From an uncultured Collinsella sp. (GTDB lineage: Bacteria; Actinomycetota; Coriobacteriia; Coriobacteriales; Coriobacteriaceae): a stretch of 64,000 nucleotides of DNA. Shown here piece by piece: positions 1 through 8,937 of this stretch. Below the pieces are notes generated by a model. It was given only the letters and a program-made list of their open reading frames with translations. It searched no databases and had not been told where the DNA came from. The translations under genes were made by a program, and so were the position numbers. The stretch is taken from positions 39,999-103,998 of the forward strand of contig CABRFD010000005.1 of NCBI GenBank assembly GCA_902470125.1. Direction: 5' to 3'. How positions within the stretch are numbered: position 1 is the stretch's first letter; every line of letters begins with the position of its first letter.

Positions 1-239
1 ACACCAAGCGACACGCGCGCGCCCGCGATGACGCGGGCAAGCAGGTCGCGGCCAAAGTCATCGCAGCCAAAGGGATGCGCGGGCGAAGGTGCCGAAAGTC
101 GCAACGCCATCTCCTGCGCATTGGGATTAACCGTCCACACCAGCGGACCGACGAGCGCGATCAGCGCAATCGCCAGGAAAATGCAGCCGCCGACCACAAA
201 CCCCTTGTTGGCAAGAGCCTTCTTAACGTTTGCCATCAT
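1..239 (-). CDS. ABC transporter permease, DppC/OppC-like (partial, runs off the window)
   Basis: Manual translation MMANVKKALANKGFVVGGCIFLAIALIALVGP...PSPAHPFGCDDFGRDLLARVIAGARVSLG has the HPFGxDxxGRD motif; ATG overlaps the stop of the upstream permease. Confidence 0.9.
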   Translation of the reverse strand, partial: MMANVKKALANKGFVVGGCIFLAIALIALVGPLVWTVNPNAQEMALRLSAPSPAHPFGCDDFGRDLLARVIAGARVSLG

Positions 240-1189
240 GCATCGCCCCATTTGCGAGCGCGCGGGTCAAAAGCGCCGTAGGCAAGGTCGACGACCAGAT
301 TGATCACCGAATTCAACAAGGCGATGACCAGCAGCACGCCCTGAATCACCGGATAGTCGCGACGCTCGATAGAGCTCGTGACCAGCTGGCCCAAACCGGG
401 GATGTTAAAAATGGCCTCAGTCACCACGGCACCCGTAATCAGGGCGCCAAAAGAATAGCCGACCGAGGTGAGAATCGGCAGCGCTGCGTTGCGCAGGGCA
501 TGGGCCAGCACCACGCGAACCTCGGAGACGCCCTTGGCACGCGCCGTCTTGACGCAGTCGAGCTGCATGGCCTCGATCACGCTCGAACGGGTCATGCGCA
601 TGAGCAGGGCCGCCTGCACGCATCCAAGCGATATGGCCGGCAACGCAAGATAGCGTAAATGGCTGAACCAGCCCTTCGATAGCGGCGCATAGCCGGCCAC
701 CGGGAACACACGCAACGTGACGGCAAACAGCCACATAAGCATGAGCGCCATCAAAAAGCCGGGTATCGCCACGCCCAAAAGAGCAACGACACGCAAGACC
801 GCGTCGGTGCGCGACCCATGTTTGAGGGCGGCGACGACGCCGCAGGGCAGTGCAATCAACAGCGCGATGAGCTGTGCCAGAAGCGCGAGCGATAGCGTGG
901 GGCCAAAGTGCTCGGCGATCGCCTGCGTGACGGGCTGGCGCATAAAATACGAATCGCCCAGGTCGCCGGTAAGCACGCTGCCCATCCACTCAACGTAGCG
1001 CTGCGGCAGCGGCTCGTTGAGTCCCAGGCTATCGTTGACGCGCTCGATCTGGTCGGCCGAAGCCTCCATGCCGAGCATCGAAGAGGCCGGGTCACCCGGT
1101 GTGAGATAGATAATCAAAAACACGACGACCGAGATGATGAGCATCACCGGAACCATCGCGCCTATACGTTTGAGCGTGTACTTCAACAT
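236..1189 (-). CDS. ABC transporter permease, DppB/OppB/NikB-like
   Basis: PGDPA, GDLGDSY, TARAKG..V...HALRNA, EAIFNIPGLG and RDYPVIQG motifs. Confidence 0.95.
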   Translation of the reverse strand: MLKYTLKRIGAMVPVMLIISVVVFLIIYLTPGDPASSMLGMEASADQIERVNDSLGLNEPLPQRYVEWMGSVLTGDLGDSYFMRQPVTQAIAEHFGPTLSLALLAQLIALLIALPCGVVAALKHGSRTDAVLRVVALLGVAIPGFLMALMLMWLFAVTLRVFPVAGYAPLSKGWFSHLRYLALPAISLGCVQAALLMRMTRSSVIEAMQLDCVKTARAKGVSEVRVVLAHALRNAALPILTSVGYSFGALITGAVVTEAIFNIPGLGQLVTSSIERRDYPVIQGVLLVIALLNSVINLVVDLAYGAFDPRARKWGDA

Positions 1190-1277
1190 GCGAGGCGTCT
1201 ATTTCCCCTCTGAACGTGGACAGGGCGTGGCGGCCACAGGGGACCAGGCCCCTCCAGCCGCCACACCATCTATTGCA

Positions 1278-2888
1278 TTACTCCGGACGCTTGGCGTTCC
1301 AGATGATGGCGCCGTCGAGCACCTCGAAGTCCTCGACGTCTGCCTGGGTGCCCGTGATGGAAGCGTAGTGGCAAAGCGGCTCGATGACGGCGATCTCATA
1401 GAGGCGCTCCTGAGCCTCGGCCCACTTCTTGGCCGCGGCGTCGGTGTCCTTGGCGGTGCGGGTCTCGGCCACGAGCTTGAGCGCCTTCTCGTCGGACAGG
1501 CCATAGAAGGCCTTGGAGACCGAGAGGGACTGGGCCGGGATGGGCTTGTAGTTGGTGGAGGCCACAAAGAGGTCCCACTGCTCGGGCTTGCCGGAGCGGA
1601 TGTCCATGAAGGTCGCGAACTCGTAGCTGTCGACCTCGGCGGTGAAGCCAGCCTTCTCGAGCTGCTCCTGCAGCGCGACGGTGGCGTTGTACATATCCTT
1701 GTAGTCGGGGGTGGTCAGCAGCTTGACCGTCTCACCGGCATAGGAGGTCTTGGCCAGAGCCTTCTTGGCGGCCTTGGCATCGGCCTGGTTGAAGTACTTC
1801 TTGCCCGCGTCGGTCGCCCACTGAGCGTTCTCGGGGTTGCCAAGGTTGGGATCGATGTTGAAGAGTTCCTTCTCGCCATAGGCGGCAAGAGCGGCCGCCT
1901 CGCAGTCGATAGCCATGAGGGCGCACTTGCGGATCTCCTCGTCGGCGAAGATGCCCTCGTTCATGTTGAGGAAGGCGGTCAGAACGCCGGCGTTATGGGT
2001 GTAGAGCTTGACGTCGTCGTTGCCGTCGAAGTCGTGGTAGTTCTCGGTGGGGATCTCGCCAGCGATATCGTACTCGCCGGTCTCAAACCCGCTCACGCGC
2101 GTGGAGGCCTCGGTCACGAACTGATAGTAGATGTCCTTGGTGGGCGCGGAGATCTTGCCGGTGTAGCCCGAAGCCTTGCCGTGGGCGGCGACATAGTCCT
2201 CGTAGCGGGTGAGATGGACGTACTGGTCCTGCTTCCACTCCGCAAACTTGTAGGCACCGGTACCCACGTACTCGGTCACGCCGGTATCGCCCGCGGCCTC
2301 GATGACCTCGGAGGGGAAGATGCCCGGATACTGGGAGTGGTTGCCCAGGATGATCAGAAAGTCGACGGCGGGCTCGGTCAGTGTGCAGGTGACCTCGTGG
2401 TCGCCCGAGGCGGCGAAGGTGGCGCCGGGCAGCAGGCTCGCGGCGCGGTCGTTGACGGTGAGCCAGCGGTTCATCGAGGCCACGACGTCCTCGGAGCCAA
2501 GCTCCTTGCCGTTGTGGAAGGTGACGCCCTCGCGCAGCTTGATGGTGTAGGTCAGGCCGTCGTCGGAGACCTCATAGCCCTTGGCCAGCACGGGCTGGGG
2601 CTCGTAGTCGCTATCGAGGCCAAAGAGCGGCTCGACGACGTTGCAGATGATGTCCATGGTCACAAGCGACGACGTGGTGTGCGGATCGAGGCCGTCCGGG
2701 CTCGCCGGGAGCGCGATCTGCAGCTCGTCGCGATACTCCACATCCTGGCCGGAGGCAGCGGCGCTACCGCTCTCGGCGCCCGAACCGCCGCAGCCGGCGA
2801 GGCCGAGGCCCGCCATGGCGCACAGGGCAGCGGAGCCGGTCAGAAAACCGCGACGGGAGACGCCCGCCTTGAAAAGGTCGTTGTTCAT
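1278..2888 (-). CDS. ABC substrate-binding lipoprotein, family 5 (peptide/nickel), Tat signal
   Basis: SRRGFL twin-arginine motif, LAGC lipobox, LDP..., YTIKLREGVTFHNG; AAAGGA RBS before ATG 2888. Confidence 0.93.
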   Translation of the reverse strand: MNNDLFKAGVSRRGFLTGSAALCAMAGLGLAGCGGSGAESGSAAASGQDVEYRDELQIALPASPDGLDPHTTSSLVTMDIICNVVEPLFGLDSDYEPQPVLAKGYEVSDDGLTYTIKLREGVTFHNGKELGSEDVVASMNRWLTVNDRAASLLPGATFAASGDHEVTCTLTEPAVDFLIILGNHSQYPGIFPSEVIEAAGDTGVTEYVGTGAYKFAEWKQDQYVHLTRYEDYVAAHGKASGYTGKISAPTKDIYYQFVTEASTRVSGFETGEYDIAGEIPTENYHDFDGNDDVKLYTHNAGVLTAFLNMNEGIFADEEIRKCALMAIDCEAAALAAYGEKELFNIDPNLGNPENAQWATDAGKKYFNQADAKAAKKALAKTSYAGETVKLLTTPDYKDMYNATVALQEQLEKAGFTAEVDSYEFATFMDIRSGKPEQWDLFVASTNYKPIPAQSLSVSKAFYGLSDEKALKLVAETRTAKDTDAAAKKWAEAQERLYEIAVIEPLCHYASITGTQADVEDFEVLDGAIIWNAKRPE

Positions 2889-3072
2889 TGAGTTCCTTTC
2901 GTGTCTGAACAAACGGATAGAATCTGCCAGGACGGCGGAAATCCCCGCCCCGGCAGCTATGCGAAGCCGATCGGCGCCCTGCGGTGCATCCGGACACCAA
3001 CCGGCATGACAACAGAGAAATCCCTATCGCGTGGATAGGAACACCCGGCGGCGCAGCTTAGCGCAGGTGCGG

Positions 3073-4356
3073 CTAAATCGTCTCGAGGAAGGCCTCGATG
3101 CGGGTCTGGAGCTGACCGGCGTCCTCGCCAGCGTAGTCGGTCGTAATGTGCATAAACGGAATGCCGGCCTCCTCGGCGGCCTTCTCCACGGCAAACGACT
3201 CCATCTCATAGAGCGTGCAGAACTGCAGGGCCACGTCGACGATACCGTCGGCATGCAGGTCGTGCGCCATCTGGACAATGTCCTTCATACGCTGGTCATT
3301 GGGCGTAAAAACGGCGCAGTTGATCTTAAAGTAGCGCTCGGCGATGGCATCGAGCATCTCGTCAACCGTCTCACCGGACTCATCGACCAAGTCCTTGTAA
3401 TAGCGCGAACCCGTGCAGGACTCCTCGCCCACCACGACGCCGCCGGCCTTCTCGATGATGTTGAACAGCTTCCAGTTGGGCACGGCCATGGGCGTGCCGG
3501 TGTACAGGATGCGCTTGGTCCCCTTGGGCGCCACACCCTCGCCGGCCTCGACACGCTGCTCGCACTCAGCCGCCATATCGTTGATGGCTCCGGTCAGACG
3601 CGGCGTGTCGTCCATAAAGGCGGCCTGAACGGTCAGCAGGCTATCGAGACCGCTGATGGGCGCCGGGTCGGCAGCGCGCGTGGCAGCGAGGCGCTGCAGG
3701 GCGCGGCGCTTCTCATTGACGGCGTGGATGGCGGTCTTCAGACGCTCAGGCGTAATCGTGACGCCGCACTCCTCCTCAATCTTGGCGGCGAGCTTCTTGA
3801 CCTCGGCCTTCCAGGTCACGAGCGTCGACTCGTCGTGTACGTTGGGGATATCCATGACGTACATGTTCTTTTGCGTGGCAAAAAACTCGTAGGCCTTCTT
3901 CTTGCCATCGCAGGTGTTCTCGCCCACCACCAAGTCACTCGACTCAATGTAGGGGCAGACCTCGCCCAGCTTAAAGCCGGCAAAGCTCTTGATGAGCGGA
4001 CAAGTGTTGCGCGGCAAGTGCTCCTCGACCTTGTCGGTTGCCCAGTCGGCACCCGAGCACAGACCAACGGGAATGCCGTCACAGGCAAGCACGATCTCCT
4101 CGGGCACGTACACACAGAACGAGCCCACGATCTTGGTGGCCTCGCCAGCCTCCTTCTTGTCGAGCATCTCCTTAATACGGCCGCTGTGGATGTTGGTGGC
4201 GACAAAATCCAGGTAGGACGTGGACTTGGGGCGATTGTTCTGCGTCAAGAACATATCGCCGTACATCTGGCCCACGGCGCCCAGCAGCATGTCGTGGTCG
4301 GCAAGATTCATGCCGAGGCTCTCCCACATCGGATGGAAATCAAATTCTTCAGCCAT
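3073..4356 (-). CDS. Double-cubane-cluster-type anaerobic reductase (2-hydroxyacyl-CoA dehydratase/HgdD-like fold)
   Basis: N-terminus MWESLGMNLADHD...TQNNRP; Cys motifs FCVYVPEEI, GLCSG, NTCPLIKS, GENTCDGKKK, EESCTG, INCAVFTPN, QFCTLY; C-terminal TRIEAFLE. Confidence 0.8.
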   Translation of the reverse strand: MAEEFDFHPMWESLGMNLADHDMLLGAVGQMYGDMFLTQNNRPKSTSYLDFVATNIHSGRIKEMLDKKEAGEATKIVGSFCVYVPEEIVLACDGIPVGLCSGADWATDKVEEHLPRNTCPLIKSFAGFKLGEVCPYIESSDLVVGENTCDGKKKAYEFFATQKNMYVMDIPNVHDESTLVTWKAEVKKLAAKIEEECGVTITPERLKTAIHAVNEKRRALQRLAATRAADPAPISGLDSLLTVQAAFMDDTPRLTGAINDMAAECEQRVEAGEGVAPKGTKRILYTGTPMAVPNWKLFNIIEKAGGVVVGEESCTGSRYYKDLVDESGETVDEMLDAIAERYFKINCAVFTPNDQRMKDIVQMAHDLHADGIVDVALQFCTLYEMESFAVEKAAEEAGIPFMHITTDYAGEDAGQLQTRIEAFLETI

Positions 4357-4515
4357 GACGGTTCCCCTCTCGAACCAAAAATGAATAGCTACGGTATTGC
4401 TGCACGGTGGGTGGCGAAAACCCATCCGCGCCTAAACCCGGAATTTTGGGGAACCTGCTTTGCAGCTGATTATTTAGTTGTGCGTCGTCTCTCCCGGAGC
4501 CGTGAACATACCTGC

Positions 4516-4584
4516 TCATATGCGACTCCGAGCCATATACAGGGCGCGCGCGGCAACGCGGCGAATGTATGTCGTCTGCGGCAT
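4516..4584 (-). CDS. Putative 22-aa upstream leader peptide (MPQTTYIRRVAARALYMARSRI)
   Basis: Perfect TAAGGAGG SD 8 nt before ATG; extended -10-like TGaTATAGT just upstream. Confidence 0.5.
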   Translation of the reverse strand: MPQTTYIRRVAARALYMARSRI

Positions 4585-4786
4585 GTGCGCACCCTCCTTA
4601 ACCAGTTGAGGTCAACTATATCAACGGTCATCGCCCCTGCGAACACCGTTGACATTCGTACGACAGCGTCGTGTGCCGTCGTTCAATAAATAGTTATCTT
4701 GATTGATAAGAGTTTGTCATACCTCATTCGGCGAACGGCAAAGACAAAGCCGCCGAGGCCTATATCCCCGACGGCATTACCCGGCG

Positions 4787-5857
4787 CTATCGACAAACCA
4801 AATGAATCCTGCTGGCATCGAAGTGCATGCGCAGCGTCTCACCCGCTTGCGGCAACTCGTCGACAGGCATGCCCACTTTGTTGACCTTCCACTGCAGGCG
4901 CGTCGGCGCATCGGCACGCGGCACGTCCAACAGCACCAGGCGCTCAAAACGCGAATCGCTCACTCGGGCCACATGCAGGTCGTAGCTGTTACGACCCCGC
5001 TCAGCACGGTTGTCCACATGGAAGTAGCTTGCGCGAATGCCCAGGTACGCCACATTATCGGGAACCTCGCGACCCACATTAAAGGTCATGCCCCAGTCGA
5101 GGGCCTCAACTTCTTCGTCGCCAATCTTGCGCGCCCGGCTTGTGTTCTTGCAGCCCGTCAGGCGCAGCGCCGCCAGCGTATGCGGACAGCGGACCACGTC
5201 CTCGACGGAGCCGATCTCCTCAACATGCCCGTCGTGCATCACGCAGATGCGCTGGCACAGGCGGCACGCTTCGTCGATGTCGTGGCTCACGTAGAGCACG
5301 GTACGGTTACACACATCGAACAGGTCGAGCATGTTCTGCTCGAGGGCGCTCTTAAGATAGGAATCGAGCGCGCTCATGGGCTCGTCGAACATAAAAATGC
5401 CCGGATGTGCCGCCACCATGCGGGCAAGCGCCACGCGTTGTTGCTGGCCGCCCGAGAGCCGCGCGGGATAGCGGTCGGCGAAATCGGCCAGGCCAAAGAT
5501 GCCCAGATAGCGCTCGGCGAGCTTTTTGCGCGCGGCGGCGTCGCCCACGTTCTTTACACCAGCGCATACGTTATCGGCCACCGTCATGTTGGGAAACAGC
5601 TGATAGCTTTGGAACAACAGGGCGCATTTTCGCTCCTGGGGCGACAGGTTGATGCCCGCCGCCGAGTCAAAAAAGGTCACGCCGTTGACGACGATCTTGC
5701 CCTCGTCGGGCGTCTCCACACCGGCGATGCAGCGCAGCGTACAGCTCTTGCCGCAGCCCGAGGCGCCCAGCAGGGCCACGCGCTCCTCGCCGGCCTCAAG
5801 CTGCATGTCGAGCATAAACCCGGGATAGCGCTTTTTGATATCCAGAACGAGCGACAT
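4787..5857 (-). CDS. modC: Molybdate ABC transporter ATP-binding protein
   Basis: Walker [25 protein letters not shown]; in operon with modAB. Confidence 0.9.
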   Translation of the reverse strand: MSLVLDIKKRYPGFMLDMQLEAGEERVALLGASGCGKSCTLRCIAGVETPDEGKIVVNGVTFFDSAAGINLSPQERKCALLFQSYQLFPNMTVADNVCAGVKNVGDAAARKKLAERYLGIFGLADFADRYPARLSGGQQQRVALARMVAAHPGIFMFDEPMSALDSYLKSALEQNMLDLFDVCNRTVLYVSHDIDEACRLCQRICVMHDGHVEEIGSVEDVVRCPHTLAALRLTGCKNTSRARKIGDEEVEALDWGMTFNVGREVPDNVAYLGIRASYFHVDNRAERGRNSYDLHVARVSDSRFERLVLLDVPRADAPTRLQWKVNKVGMPVDELPQAGETLRMHFDASRIHLVCR

Positions 5858-5860
5858 GGC

Positions 5861-7303
5861 CTATCGACCTCCCTGCAAAGCGGCATCATCGCGCATGAGC
5901 TCGGCCAGCGCCTCGCGATCGATACGCAAGGCATCGCCGCCCGCCGGGTCGAGCGAATCGCCCTGTCCGGTGAGATCTTTGGCCTGTTTGCGCTCAACAC
6001 GGGAGAGACCGCGCTCGCGATACTTTTGCGAATGCGCCGTGTACATGTTGATGAATAGGATGACCAGGAAGCTGAACGCTATTACGACCACGACCCAAAA
6101 GATGGCCACCGACGTATTGCCGCCCATCCACTCAAAGTAGATGGAGATGGGAATGGTCTGCGTAATACCGGCGTAGTTGCCCGCAAAGAACAGGGTGCAG
6201 CCAAACTCGCCCATCGCGCGGGCAAAGGCGAGCACCGTGCCGGCGGCAATCGAGGGCCAGCCAAGCGGCATCATAAGCTTGGTAAAGATGCGACGCTCGG
6301 ACCATCCCAGGGTTCGCGCGGCGTCGAGCATCTGCGTGTCAAGGCTCTCAAAGGCACCGAGCGCCGTACGGTAGACCAGGGGAAACGACACCACCACGGC
6401 AGATATCACCGCTGCCGGCCACGTAAAGACGATCGAGACGCCGTGCGCAATGAGCCACTGGCCCACCCCGGTCGATCGACCAAACAGCATGAGGAGCAGA
6501 AAGCCGCAGACCGTGGGCGGCAACACCATAGGGATGGTAAAGACCGAATCGAGCAGGCCCTTGATGCGACTCGAGGTACCCATGGTCTTCCACGCGGCGA
6601 ACAGGCCCAGTGCAAAGGAGATCAGCAGGGCAAGGCCGCTCGTTTTTATGGACACCCAAAACGGGCGATAGTCGATACCGCCCAAAAAGGAAGTCAGAGA
6701 GGTCAAGGGCCCCTGCTCACCCCGCAACACGGCAGACGATGCCTCTACCATTTGAGCGCTATCAAGCCAACGCGCGCCGCCCTTGGCATCACCCGAGGCT
6801 GATGCGATCACCACATAGCGGTCCCCATCCGCACCGCGCTCGTCAAAGCCATAGGTATACCCGCCGGCATCAAACGTTGTTTCCGCCGTGACATACCAAG
6901 GAAGATTCACGTCCCCTAGCTGCGCACCTCCCATGCAGTTTGCGCTGTCGAGCTTACAGACAAGGGCCTTGAGACCCGATACGCACTCGTTATCCTGCGG
7001 ATCCAATCCATACTTCTCGACCGCCTTAGGCGATATCCACACCACAACGCGATCGGCAGCAGGCGCCACTACAAGGTCCACGTCCTCGTCAACGGGAAAC
7101 CGGTAGCCCTCAGGCTGGCCCTCCATGGCACGAGCGGTCCCCTTGGCCAACCGCTCAAAACCCTTGATCCCATAGGAAAGCCCATGAGCGGTCGCAGCAA
7201 CCTGGGCCCCGTCCTCAGCGTCCCCAGCAAACGCAAATCCCGGCACCCAGCAAAGCGCGAAGGTCAAAGCACAGGCGACTAGTATGCGGAATCTATTTAG
7301 CAC
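5861..7303 (-). CDS. modB: Molybdate ABC permease with extra N-terminal signal peptide and about 180-aa soluble domain
   Basis: C-terminal half has PMVLPPTVCGF, AARTLG and FARAMGEFG ModB motifs; GTG 7303 preceded by GGAG. Confidence 0.88.
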   Translation of the reverse strand: MLNRFRILVACALTFALCWVPGFAFAGDAEDGAQVAATAHGLSYGIKGFERLAKGTARAMEGQPEGYRFPVDEDVDLVVAPAADRVVVWISPKAVEKYGLDPQDNECVSGLKALVCKLDSANCMGGAQLGDVNLPWYVTAETTFDAGGYTYGFDERGADGDRYVVIASASGDAKGGARWLDSAQMVEASSAVLRGEQGPLTSLTSFLGGIDYRPFWVSIKTSGLALLISFALGLFAAWKTMGTSSRIKGLLDSVFTIPMVLPPTVCGFLLLMLFGRSTGVGQWLIAHGVSIVFTWPAAVISAVVVSFPLVYRTALGAFESLDTQMLDAARTLGWSERRIFTKLMMPLGWPSIAAGTVLAFARAMGEFGCTLFFAGNYAGITQTIPISIYFEWMGGNTSVAIFWVVVVIAFSFLVILFINMYTAHSQKYRERGLSRVERKQAKDLTGQGDSLDPAGGDALRIDREALAELMRDDAALQGGR

Positions 7304-7371
7304 GAAAAGCTCCAAGCGAATACAAGGACGGAGTGAAACACAAAACGATGGAATTATCGCGCCAAGCCGCA

Positions 7372-8244
7372 CTACGCGGAAAGCTCAAAGCCGTACTTAG
7401 CCCAAATCTTCTGAGCCTTCTTGTTGGTCAGGCAAAAGTCGATGAACGCCTTGGCCTCGTCGGCATGTTCGGAGCTATCGGCCACGGCGCCCGGGTACAC
7501 GATGGGTTTGTGCGAGTCCTCGGGACACACAAACGCCTCCTCGATGCCGTCGTAACGGAAGATGTCAGAGCTGTAGACGAAACCGGCCACGCAGTCGCCC
7601 GTGGACACATAAGCGGCGGCGGTACCAACTTTGTCGGCCAGTGCGACCTTGTCGGCGATCTCGGGAGCATACTCGCCGTCGTCGCCCTCGGTGCCGGTGT
7701 AGAGGCCCACGGAGGCCAGGGCCTGGTTGGCGTACTTGCCGGCGGGGACGGTCTTGGCGTCGCCAATGGCGATCTTGCCGTCCAGGTTCGCGACGTCGGC
7801 GATGGCCTCGACCTTGGTGTCGGAGCCCTCGGCGCGAATGATCACAAGGTCGTTGACGAACATGTCCTCACGCGTGTCGGCGTCGACGAGCTCGGCGGCC
7901 TCCGCGTCGTCCATGGTGCCCTTGGAAGCCGTGATGAGCACGTCGACGGCGGCACCGGCGCGCATCTGCTCGACAAGGTCGCCAGACGCCTTAAACTGCG
8001 TGTCGGCAAACGTGGTGCCGGTCTGCTCGGTGTAAAGCTCCTGAACCTCGGGCAGAGCCTTCTCGAGCGAGTTGGCGGCAAAGACCTGCAGCTCGACAGC
8101 TTTCTTGGAAGATGCCTTAGCAGAACCGGCATCGGAACCAGCCGGCTCGGACGTCTTGCTGCCCGAGCAGCCGGCAAGACCAAGGCCGGCAGCGGCGACA
8201 GCAGAAAGCGAGACGAATCCGCGGCGAGAAACCATATCGAACAT
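7372..8244 (-). CDS. modA: Molybdate-binding lipoprotein (Tat signal)
   Basis: SRRGFV, LAGC lipobox, VFAANSL, ASGDL, TVPAGKYA, GFVYSSD, PIVYP. Confidence 0.93.
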   Translation of the reverse strand: MFDMVSRRGFVSLSAVAAAGLGLAGCSGSKTSEPAGSDAGSAKASSKKAVELQVFAANSLEKALPEVQELYTEQTGTTFADTQFKASGDLVEQMRAGAAVDVLITASKGTMDDAEAAELVDADTREDMFVNDLVIIRAEGSDTKVEAIADVANLDGKIAIGDAKTVPAGKYANQALASVGLYTGTEGDDGEYAPEIADKVALADKVGTAAAYVSTGDCVAGFVYSSDIFRYDGIEEAFVCPEDSHKPIVYPGAVADSSEHADEAKAFIDFCLTNKKAQKIWAKYGFELSA

Positions 8245-8290
8245 GTTCAACCCTTTCGAACGTTTTACCCGGGTACCCCACCGCGGGCTT

Positions 8291-8357
8291 TAATCTGCAA
8301 TCAGATTATACTTCCGCGCGAATAATGATAGTGAGAAATTATTCTCGCCAGAGAATA
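8291..8357. promoter_or_regulatory. Pair of related 7-4-7 palindromes upstream of modABC (candidate operator)
   Basis: TAATCTG-caat-CAGATTA (8291-8308) and TATTCTC-gcca-GAGAATA (8340-8357). Confidence 0.55.
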
Positions 8358-8447
8358 TAGTTTCGAGTTATCGTACACCTCGGCGTCGATTCGGCGGAAA
8401 ACAAAAGCGGAGCGACCGATAAGGTCGCCCCACCGCAGGTAAACCGC

Positions 8448-8927
8448 TTAGTTGGTATGTCCGCCGCCCGCTGTCATCTGAGCCGCATGCTCCAGCTGGT
8501 CCGCTATGGCCTCCCAGCTTTCGCGGGCGGCCTTCGTAGAACCGGGAAAGTTTACGACAAGCGTATGACCTCGTTGCATGCAAATAGCGCGCGAGAGCAT
8601 AGCGCGGCGCGTCTTGGTCATGGAGTAGGCACGAATTGCCTCGGCAATACCCGGCACATCGCGGTCGCAGATGGCACGCGTCGCCTCGGGTGTCACGTCG
8701 CGCATCGAAAGACCCGTGCCGCCGCAGGTGAGCACGACATTGGCGTGGCACTCATCGGCGGCTTCCACAATGGCATCACCGATCTCGCTGGCGTCGTCGC
8801 GCACGACCACATGTGAGGCAACCGTCCAGCCCTGCGCCACGATGAGTTCCTCGAGCGCAGCACCCGCCTCGTCCTGGGCAAGATCGCGCGTATCCGAGCA
8901 CGTCACGATCGAAATCTTCAACTCCAT
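8448..8927 (-). CDS. moaB: MogA/MoaB family molybdopterin adenylyltransferase
   Basis: VTCSD, TCGGTGLSMRDVTPEAT, AMLSRA, NFPGS motifs. Confidence 0.9.
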   Translation of the reverse strand: MELKISIVTCSDTRDLAQDEAGAALEELIVAQGWTVASHVVVRDDASEIGDAIVEAADECHANVVLTCGGTGLSMRDVTPEATRAICDRDVPGIAEAIRAYSMTKTRRAMLSRAICMQRGHTLVVNFPGSTKAARESWEAIADQLEHAAQMTAGGGHTN

Positions 8928-8937
8928 AGCATTCCTC

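Noticed and set aside
2889..3072. Possible riboswitch or T-box before the SBP gene
   Set aside because: Only generic hairpins; no T-box, SAM or cobalamin signature recognised
4524..4565. ACTCCGAGCC...AGGGCG resembling the start of a Moco RNA motif near the mod genes
   Set aside because: It is on the plus strand with no downstream plus-strand gene, and the remaining helices and GCCTCC element are missing
1134..4689. Long plus-strand ORFs 1134-2891 and 3031-4689 (similarly 19050-20501, 24262-26115, 32241-33710, 59655-61865)
   Set aside because: Antisense shadows of well-supported genes; high-GC codon bias leaves the opposite strand stop-poor, and they show no recognisable motifs
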